The notes under the pieces are model-generated. The model did not search any database. It saw only the letters and a list, made by a program, of their open reading frames with translations, and was not told the origin of the DNA. The translations under genes were made by a program, and so were the position numbers. From an uncultured Gammaproteobacteria bacterium (GTDB lineage: Bacteria; Pseudomonadota; Gammaproteobacteria; Xanthomonadales; SZUA-36), in assembly GCA_963695135.1 (NCBI GenBank), contig CAVOGA010000001.1:292431-356430 (forward strand): DNA of 64,000 bases, given 5' to 3'. This document shows, piece after piece, positions 55,325 to 61,840 of the stretch. Positions within the stretch are counted from its first letter, which is position 1. Every line of letters begins with the position of its first letter.

Positions 55325-56102
55325 TCAGCCGCGGTTGCGCGGCGGACCGGGAAAAAACGCATTTGTGCGCTTTATGTAGTCGGCGTAAGCCGGCCGCCGG
55401 TCTTTTATGTCCTTTTCCAGCAGGGTCACACCGGAAACCCGCAGCAGCAGGAAGGACATGAGCAGCGGCGAGCCGATGGTCCACCAGCCGCCAGCCGCGA
55501 CCGCAATCAGGTAGTAGCCCCACCAGAGGGCAAACTCACCAAAATAGTTCGGGTGACGAGTGTAGCGCCACAGGCCCGAATCGAGCACCTTGCCCTGGTT
55601 ATCCGGGTTGGCCTTGAAGCGCGCCAACTGGTTATCTCCACCGACCTCGAACACCATCCCCAGGCACCACAGGGCTACGCCCTGCCAGGTCCAGCCAGCC
55701 CAGCGGCGCGGCACCGCCAATGCCCAGCGCCAGGGGCATGGCGACCAGCCAGGCCAGCAGCGCCTGCAGGCCGAACACGATGTACAGGCTCTTGAACCAG
55801 AAGCCTGGCTGGTTGTTGGCACGGATTTCCTGGTAGCGACGGTCTTCTCCGTCGCCATGGTTGCGCTTGGTGATGTAGTAGGAGAGACGCAAGGACCAGG
55901 CCGTAACCAGCACCAGGACCAGCACGGCCCGGCCGCTCATCACATCCAGCTGCCAGGCGTAACCCAGCGCCACGATCAGAAACATCAGCGACCAGAGGCT
56001 GTCAACGATGCTGACATCCTTGCGCGGCACGCTGATGCCCCAGAACACCAGGGCAACGGCGACCAGGCAGGCGAGCATGATGCTGTAGGCAATCCAGTCC
56101 AT
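55325..56102 (-). pseudogene. DUF1295 family membrane protein (steroid 5-alpha-reductase / ICMT-like fold), one frameshift (~55690)
   Basis: ORF 55632..56102 is genuine to ...AAPLGWLDLAG. It continues in ORF 55325..55858 (LWCLGMVFEVGGDNQLARFK...GLWRYTRHPNYFGEFALWWG). Confidence 0.8.
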
Positions 56103-56119
56103 GTTCAGCGCGTTAACAT

Positions 56120-56671
56120 TCAGTGGGTCAGCCAGGTCATTGCGGTCGGCCTGCCGGGCACGGTGGTCCCGTCAAACCGCTCAGCCAGCCGGCTCAGCAA
56201 GGGCATGAGCAAACCCCACATCAGCGCAAGCGCCAGTAGGGCGGGCAAGGGCTGCATGAGCTCCAGCGCACCCAGGCGGGCGCCCAGCAAGTACACCAGC
56301 GGACCGCTCACCAGGCCGAAACCGACCGCCAGCAAGGGCCGGCCCCGCAGCCAGCGCATGCTGCCATTCAATGTTGTCGCGAAACCGGCCCACATGAAAA
56401 TGATCCAGTAGGGGGCGATGCCCGGCAAAAACAGGCCTTCCCGGTAGCCCACGAGGCCAGCGGCAACCAGTGCACTGTCCAGCACCAGCCCGATCAACAT
56501 GGCCAGCACGACCAGGATGGCTTCCTGCCCCGGGCGGGCCACGATGCTCAGGTGCAGGGCGACAACCATCAGCACGATCATCGGGCCCACCCAGGGCAGG
56601 CCGGAGGCAGCGCCGAGCACACTGCCAAGCCAGCCGGCCTGGAAGGCCAGGAAGTTAACGATCGTGTTCAT
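56120..56671 (-). CDS. polytopic membrane protein (DUF2878-like; family name from memory)
   Basis: Start ATG 56671 (MNTIVNFLAFQAGWLG) overlaps the upstream stop (ATGA); about 5 TM segments. Confidence 0.7.
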   Translation of the reverse strand: MNTIVNFLAFQAGWLGSVLGAASGLPWVGPMIVLMVVALHLSIVARPGQEAILVVLAMLIGLVLDSALVAAGLVGYREGLFLPGIAPYWIIFMWAGFATTLNGSMRWLRGRPLLAVGFGLVSGPLVYLLGARLGALELMQPLPALLALALMWGLLMPLLSRLAERFDGTTVPGRPTAMTWLTH

Positions 56672-57756
56672 GTCTGACTGTCCTGCTGACGCACGAAGCG
56701 GTAGTGGCTCACGAGCCACTCCTGTCCGTTGTTCAGGCCGAACAGTTCGGCGCAGGCCATGAAGAAGATACGCCAGCGCTGAATCCACTGCTGTACCCTG
56801 GCGTCGCCGTAGACCGGCGCCAGCACCTCGCGGGCCTCTTTACGGTTCGCATCAAGCAGCGCCAGCCAGGCATTGGCAGTCTTTTCGTAATGCGTGCCAT
56901 CCCAGAGCCACTGTTCTTCCAGGCGCAGGTCACGCTGGAAGCGCAGGGGCAGGTCAGCGCTGGGCATGATGCCGCCGCTGAAAAAGTGCCGGCTCATCCA
57001 GTCGCTGGGCCCGTTGTCCTCGAAGGCATAAGGCGTGGAACGGTGGCAGAAGATGTGCATGAAAAACTGTCCGCCCGGTTTCAGCCAGCGACTGATCCGT
57101 CCGAACAGGGTCTGGTAGTTCCGCATGTGCTCGAACATTTCGACAGAAACGGCGCGGTCGAAGCGCTCGTCGATATCGAAATCGTTCATGTCCGCAGTGA
57201 TTACCCGCACGTTGTCCAGGCCGCGCCGCTGGACCTCCGACTCGATATAGCGCCGCTGCGGCGCCGAATTGCTCACCGATGTCACGCGGCAATTCGGATA
57301 TTGGCTGGCGATCCACAGGGTCAGGGAGCCCCAACCGCAGCCCAGGTCGAGGACATCCATACCGTCTTCGATACCGGCGCGCTCGGCGCTGATTGACAGC
57401 GAAAGGGCCTCCGCGTCATCCAGGGTCCGGGTGGTTTCATCCCAGAAGCACGAGCTGTATTTGCGGTGCTTGCCCAGCGCGATGGCGAAAAATTCCGGCG
57501 GCACCTCGTAATGCTGTTCGTTCGCAAGCTCGGGAACCGGCGCAACCTCGGCCTGTTCCATCGCACGCACGAAGGCATTCTTTAAGTCCGCGGATGCCTC
57601 CACGTCCAGCGCCTGGATCTCCGCCAGGCGATCCCGGCACAGCCGGCGGATGCCCGCGCGAATGACACTGTCCGGGACCAGGCCCATTTCGGCCCAGCCG
57701 ATCGCCCGGCTGCCGGATTTGCCCGTGTTGCTCATCTGTTCTGCTTCCACCGCCAT
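56668..57756 (-). CDS. SAM-dependent methyltransferase of the CFA-synthase / mycolic-acid cyclopropane synthase family, intact
   Basis: 362 aa; SD GGGAGG 5 nt before the ATG; HYEVPPEFF; VLDLGCGWGSL (motif I); FDRAVSVEMFEH. Confidence 0.88.
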   Translation of the reverse strand: MAVEAEQMSNTGKSGSRAIGWAEMGLVPDSVIRAGIRRLCRDRLAEIQALDVEASADLKNAFVRAMEQAEVAPVPELANEQHYEVPPEFFAIALGKHRKYSSCFWDETTRTLDDAEALSLSISAERAGIEDGMDVLDLGCGWGSLTLWIASQYPNCRVTSVSNSAPQRRYIESEVQRRGLDNVRVITADMNDFDIDERFDRAVSVEMFEHMRNYQTLFGRISRWLKPGGQFFMHIFCHRSTPYAFEDNGPSDWMSRHFFSGGIMPSADLPLRFQRDLRLEEQWLWDGTHYEKTANAWLALLDANRKEAREVLAPVYGDARVQQWIQRWRIFFMACAELFGLNNGQEWLVSHYRFVRQQDSQT

Positions 57757-57778
57757 GTCAACCTCCCATTATGAGCCC

Positions 57779-58708
57779 TCAGCTTTTGCGGGGCACCAGT
57801 TTTTCCAGTCGGGCCAGGCCCGTATCCACGTCCGTGCCCAGCGACTCGATGCCGCAGCGGCGCAGGGCGTCCAGGTAACGGACACTCGCGGCGCCGCCCA
57901 TGAGGACGGGCACCGCCGCCGCCTCCACCAGCGCCGGCAGCCTGTTCCTGAGCAAATCACCGGACAGTTCCATCAGCGCGGACAGCACAATGGCGGCACA
58001 GCCGGTTTTTTCCGCCGCCACCGCCAGTTCTTCCAGGGGCATATCTGCACCGAGGATGACCGGACGAAAGCCGGCCTCGTTGGCGCCCAGCGCCAGCAAC
58101 AGCAGGCCGATTTCGTGGCGCTCGCCGGGCACACAGGCCATCAGCAACCGCGGCCCGGGACCACTGCGGGCCCGGTGGTGAAAACGGGCGCCCAGGGTGT
58201 TGCGCAGGTAAAACCCGAAGAAATGCTCCTCGGCGATCGATCCCTCGCCGCTGGACCAACGGCGACCCAACTCCACCAGCAGCGGGTATACAAGACGCCG
58301 GGTGACTTCCTGAATGCGGAACCTGGACAGCGCCTCGTTATACACCGCGTCCAGCGCCTCTTCGTCAAACCGGATGATCGCCGACAACATGCCATCCATC
58401 AGCCGCTGCCAGGTATCCTGCTCCCCGGGGCGGCCGGCGGCATCTTTTGCCGGCGGCCTGCCTTGGTTTTCCTCACGATCCAGGTAAGAGCCTACCTCGC
58501 CGATGCGCATACCGCGGTCAAGTAGCGCGACCACCCGGTGTATGCGGTCGACCTGCGCCTGGCTGTAGAGCCGGTGGCCACTCGCCTTGCGTTGCGGCAT
58601 GACGATGCCGTAGCGGGTCTCCCAGGCGCGTAAGGTAATGGCCTTGACGCCAGTGAGGTGCGCCACGGCCCGAATGGGATAAAGACCCGTTTGCGCGTCA
58701 TCGTTCAT
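57779..58708 (-). CDS. litR: CarH/LitR-type MerR regulator with cobalamin-binding domain (light-dependent repressor family)
   Basis: ATG 58708 (alternative TTG 58732). MerR HTH (YPIRAVAHLTGVKAITLRAWETRYG). Wx9EH motif (RRWSSGEGSIAEEHF). B12 lower-ligand motif ExHxxG (GERHEIG) in a Rossmann-type domain. Confidence 0.85.
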   Translation of the reverse strand: MNDDAQTGLYPIRAVAHLTGVKAITLRAWETRYGIVMPQRKASGHRLYSQAQVDRIHRVVALLDRGMRIGEVGSYLDREENQGRPPAKDAAGRPGEQDTWQRLMDGMLSAIIRFDEEALDAVYNEALSRFRIQEVTRRLVYPLLVELGRRWSSGEGSIAEEHFFGFYLRNTLGARFHHRARSGPGPRLLMACVPGERHEIGLLLLALGANEAGFRPVILGADMPLEELAVAAEKTGCAAIVLSALMELSGDLLRNRLPALVEAAAVPVLMGGAASVRYLDALRRCGIESLGTDVDTGLARLEKLVPRKS

Positions 58709-58795
58709 CGGCAAGGCACTGATCCTGTTCAAAGCAACTCCCGCTGGCGGAGGTTCAGTGTACGGCCGGCCCAGGGTCTAAGCAATTTCCTATAC

Positions 58796-58821
58796 AAAAA
58801 AACCCCGGCATCATGCCGGGG
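58796..58821 (-). terminator. intrinsic terminator, minus strand, with no protein gene upstream of it
   Basis: CCCCGGCA / TGCCGGGG stem (58803-58821) with a 3-nt loop. On the minus strand it is followed by 7 T (58802-58796). Confidence 0.7.
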
Positions 58822-59035
58822 TCCAAGGTCATTCGGGAATGAATGAGGGTACAGAGGATCACATTCCCAGGGAGTAAACGAGTTAGGATTCAGCGGCGGC
58901 GCTATGTTCCGCGCTTCATCATTAACCTGTCGCGAATGTAATTCAGCTCTCGTGAAAGCCGCGTCAAGTTAAATTCACCCTGTGTGAATTATGATACAAA
59001 AACTATACGACTTCTCCACACGGAGCACCTGAAGT

Positions 59036-59536
59036 GTGCTGAGCTTCCTGATGACCGCCATGATCAACCTGAGCACCGGCCCCTGGATCATCGTCAATGA
59101 CGGCGTCATGGGCGGCCGTTCCAGCGCCCGCATCGAGGCGACGGATGACGGCATTCGCTTCGCGGGCTACCTGTCCCTTGAGAACAACGGCGGTTTCAGC
59201 TCGACCCGCCACCTGCTGGCAGAGGCGCCAACGGGCATGTCCGGCGTGCGCATGAAGCTGCGCGGCGACGGGCGCTCCTACCAGCTGCGTCTTCGCCAGG
59301 ACCAGCGTTATGACGGCGTGGCCTGGAGCGCCCCATTCCGCACCACCGGCGAGTGGCAAACCGTCGAGTTCCGGTTCGCCGACTTTGAGCCCGTGTTCCG
59401 CGGCCGGAGCGTACCCGGCGCCGGGGCGGTTGATCCGGCCGCGGTCACGCAGATCGGCATCATGCTCGCGGACAAGCAGGAAGGGCCTTTCGCACTCGAG
59501 ATCAGTCAACTGGGTTTTTACCGGGCTGACGACTGA
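59036..59536 (+). CDS. CIA30 (complex I intermediate-associated protein 30-like) family protein
   Basis: 166 aa; VNDGVMGGRSS...ENNGGFSS pattern. GTG 59036 is preceded by GGAG (ATG alternatives at 59051 and 59060). Confidence 0.78.
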   Translation: MLSFLMTAMINLSTGPWIIVNDGVMGGRSSARIEATDDGIRFAGYLSLENNGGFSSTRHLLAEAPTGMSGVRMKLRGDGRSYQLRLRQDQRYDGVAWSAPFRTTGEWQTVEFRFADFEPVFRGRSVPGAGAVDPAAVTQIGIMLADKQEGPFALEISQLGFYRADD

Positions 59537-59636
59537 ACCCGGGGGCGCCCGTGCACGGTCCGCAGGCATGACTGATGGACCTTAAAAACCCCCGGGTCCT
59601 GCCGTATGCTCTGCGCTTACCTTGAGGGGGGTCGAC

Positions 59637-60158
59637 ATGTCCTTTACCAATCTGCCCGTTGATTCAGAGGCCCTGCCCCGGGCTGCCGAACTCGATCTGA
59701 AACCCCTGCCGGAAGAACACCGGCGGGAAATTATCGTGCAGAGCCTGATCACCCTGGCCATCATTACGGCATCTGCGCTGATTCCCCAGCTGATCACCGC
59801 CATACCCCCGGAGGTGCGTCGCGGGTTACTTCTGATTCCTGCTGCGGTGCTGCTGATCGGTGGACTCATCACCGTTTTGCTGCTGATCCGGCATCGCTAC
59901 AAGGGTTACGCGATGCGCGAGCACGACATCGTGTTCCGGACCGGCTTGTTCTGGCGCAAAACCACCGTGCTGCCCTTCAACCGCATCCAGCATGCAGAGG
60001 TGACCCACGGCCCCTTGCAGCGCCGTTTTGGCCTGGCGACCCTGAAGTTCTTCACTGCTGGCGGCGCCAGCGTCGACCTCAGCATCGAGGGTTTGCACGC
60101 CGCGGAGGCCGAAGCCCTTCGCGAGGATATCCTGCGCCGCAGCGCCAATGCCCGCTGA
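59637..60158 (+). CDS. bacterial PH (bPH_2) domain membrane protein, YdbS-like
   Basis: ATG 59637 with SD GAGGGG. Two TM segments, then the bPH_2 core (REHDIVFRTGLFWRKTTVLPFNRIQHAEVTHGPLQRRFGLATLKFFTAG). Confidence 0.8.
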   Translation: MSFTNLPVDSEALPRAAELDLKPLPEEHRREIIVQSLITLAIITASALIPQLITAIPPEVRRGLLLIPAAVLLIGGLITVLLLIRHRYKGYAMREHDIVFRTGLFWRKTTVLPFNRIQHAEVTHGPLQRRFGLATLKFFTAGGASVDLSIEGLHAAEAEALREDILRRSANAR

Positions 60159-61749
60159 CGCCAACAGCCTGGCCGGCAGCAACCCCGGCCACGACTGGCA
60201 GCGCGTTTCACCACTGTCGGTCATCGACTACGTGGTCACGCTGGTCCGCCAGGGCGTGATCCAGTCCGTGCCGGCGCTGGCCGTGCTGGTCGCCAGCGCC
60301 GCCTCCTCGGAAAGGCTGCAACTGGCCTTCGTGATCCTGGGGGTTGCCGTCCTGCTGCTGCTGATCATCGTCTATGCCTTCCTTGCATACCTGAGATTCG
60401 GCTACCAGCTGACGGACGACCGCATCAATGTGCGCAAGGGGGTGCTGCACCGGGAGCTGTTGAATATCGACAAGGACCGGATCCAGAACGTCACGATCCA
60501 CGAACCGTTCTACTTCCGGCCTTTCTCTCTCGCGGCCCTGGGCATTGATACGGCGGGAAGCAGCGGCAAGGAGATCCGCCTGCCCGGAATTAGCCTGCTC
60601 GAGGCGCGCCGGCTGCGCGACGAGCTGGTTGATGAGGACAGCCTGATGTCAGGCGCCGGTGCCCCGCCGCAAGAGGATGACCGGCCTGCAGGCGTTGACG
60701 CACCGGCCGCGACCGGCTCAGCTGCCCGCGAGGTGCTTGTCCGGCTGACGCGACGGGACGTCATCATTGCCGGCCTTACCGCCAACTTCATGCTGTGGGC
60801 CGTGATTGCCATCGGTACGATTTTCGGCTCCGGCGACACGGCGGAGCACGCGGTTGACTGGCTTTTCAGGGAGTTCCAGATCAAGGAGACGGTGGCGGCG
60901 GCGCGCGCGGAGGGCGGCGACCTGTTTGCCGGTCTGCTGATTCTGGGCGGCATGATGCTTGCGATGATCCTGCTGCCCCTGATTTCCATTCTTGGCGCCC
61001 TGTTTCGCTATGACGGCTACGAACTGAGCGTCAACGGCGACCGCTTCCGCCGCTCCAGCGGCCTGCTCAGCCGGCATGATGAGTCGGTTCGCCAACACAA
61101 GATCCAGGCCGTCACCTGGCGGCAGAACGCGATCGCCCGGGCGCTCGGGCGAATCAACCTGCAACTGCGCCAGGCCAGTGCGGGCACCGGTCTGGAATCG
61201 GGTGACGTGACCGGCGGGGTTTTGCGGCAGACTTTTCCCGTGCCGTCCCTGAGCCGGGACCAGGCCGAAACGCTCACTGCGCGCTTTTTGCCGGGCTACC
61301 CGCCACATGCCGCCCGCTTTACCCGGGTTGACCTGAGACGCTACCTCACGGTCTCACCCCTGCTGATGCTGACCCCCCTGGGCGTCGGGCTTGCGCTGCT
61401 GGGCTACTTTGTGGACTGGCGTTTCGCCGCCGCCTGGGTGCCGGTTGCCCTGGCCGTTTTTCTGATTCACATCCAGTGCTGGCGCCAGACCGGCTGGGCC
61501 GTGGTTGGCGATCATGCGCTGCTGCGCACCGGCTTTATCGGCTCCACCACCAGCGTCTTTCCGCTGTTCAAGGTCCAGCGTGTGGACGTGACGCAAACCG
61601 CGGGCATGCGCCGCCGCGGCCTGGCGCATTGCACGGTGCACCTGGCCTCGCACTCAACCACGCTTCCCTGGATGGGGGCGGAGGACGCCTTCCGGCTGCG
61701 GGACCTGGCGATATTCAAGGCGGAAAGCAGCCGCCAGGCATGGTTCTGA
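60148..61749 (+). CDS. triple bPH_2 domain membrane protein, YdbT-like
   Basis: 533 aa; overlaps the YdbS-like stop by 11 nt. Three TM-pair plus PH repeats (e.g. RINVRKGVLHRELLNIDKDRIQNVTIHEPFYFRPFSLAALGIDTAG). Confidence 0.8.
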   Translation: MPADANSLAGSNPGHDWQRVSPLSVIDYVVTLVRQGVIQSVPALAVLVASAASSERLQLAFVILGVAVLLLLIIVYAFLAYLRFGYQLTDDRINVRKGVLHRELLNIDKDRIQNVTIHEPFYFRPFSLAALGIDTAGSSGKEIRLPGISLLEARRLRDELVDEDSLMSGAGAPPQEDDRPAGVDAPAATGSAAREVLVRLTRRDVIIAGLTANFMLWAVIAIGTIFGSGDTAEHAVDWLFREFQIKETVAAARAEGGDLFAGLLILGGMMLAMILLPLISILGALFRYDGYELSVNGDRFRRSSGLLSRHDESVRQHKIQAVTWRQNAIARALGRINLQLRQASAGTGLESGDVTGGVLRQTFPVPSLSRDQAETLTARFLPGYPPHAARFTRVDLRRYLTVSPLLMLTPLGVGLALLGYFVDWRFAAAWVPVALAVFLIHIQCWRQTGWAVVGDHALLRTGFIGSTTSVFPLFKVQRVDVTQTAGMRRRGLAHCTVHLASHSTTLPWMGAEDAFRLRDLAIFKAESSRQAWF

Positions 61750-61782
61750 ACAACTATCGCGTTGCCGGACAGCCATGAAAAA

Positions 61783-61822
61783 GCCGCTGCCACCCCGCGC
61801 CGGGCGCGGGGACAGCAGCGGC
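61783..61822. terminator. bidirectional terminator between the YdbT-like and HerA-like genes
   Basis: Nested stem GCCGCTGC..CCCCGCG / CGCGGGG..GCAGCGGC. TTTTT follows on the minus strand, GTTTGT on the plus strand. Confidence 0.65.
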
Positions 61823-61840
61823 GTTTGTCAGAATCCCGCG

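Noticed and set aside
59003-59569. 188-aa minus-strand ORF that would give the orphan terminator at 58796-58821 a protein gene.
   Set aside because: It is exactly antisense to the well-supported CIA30 gene, with Arg/Ala/Gly-rich composition and no motif. It is a shadow ORF.
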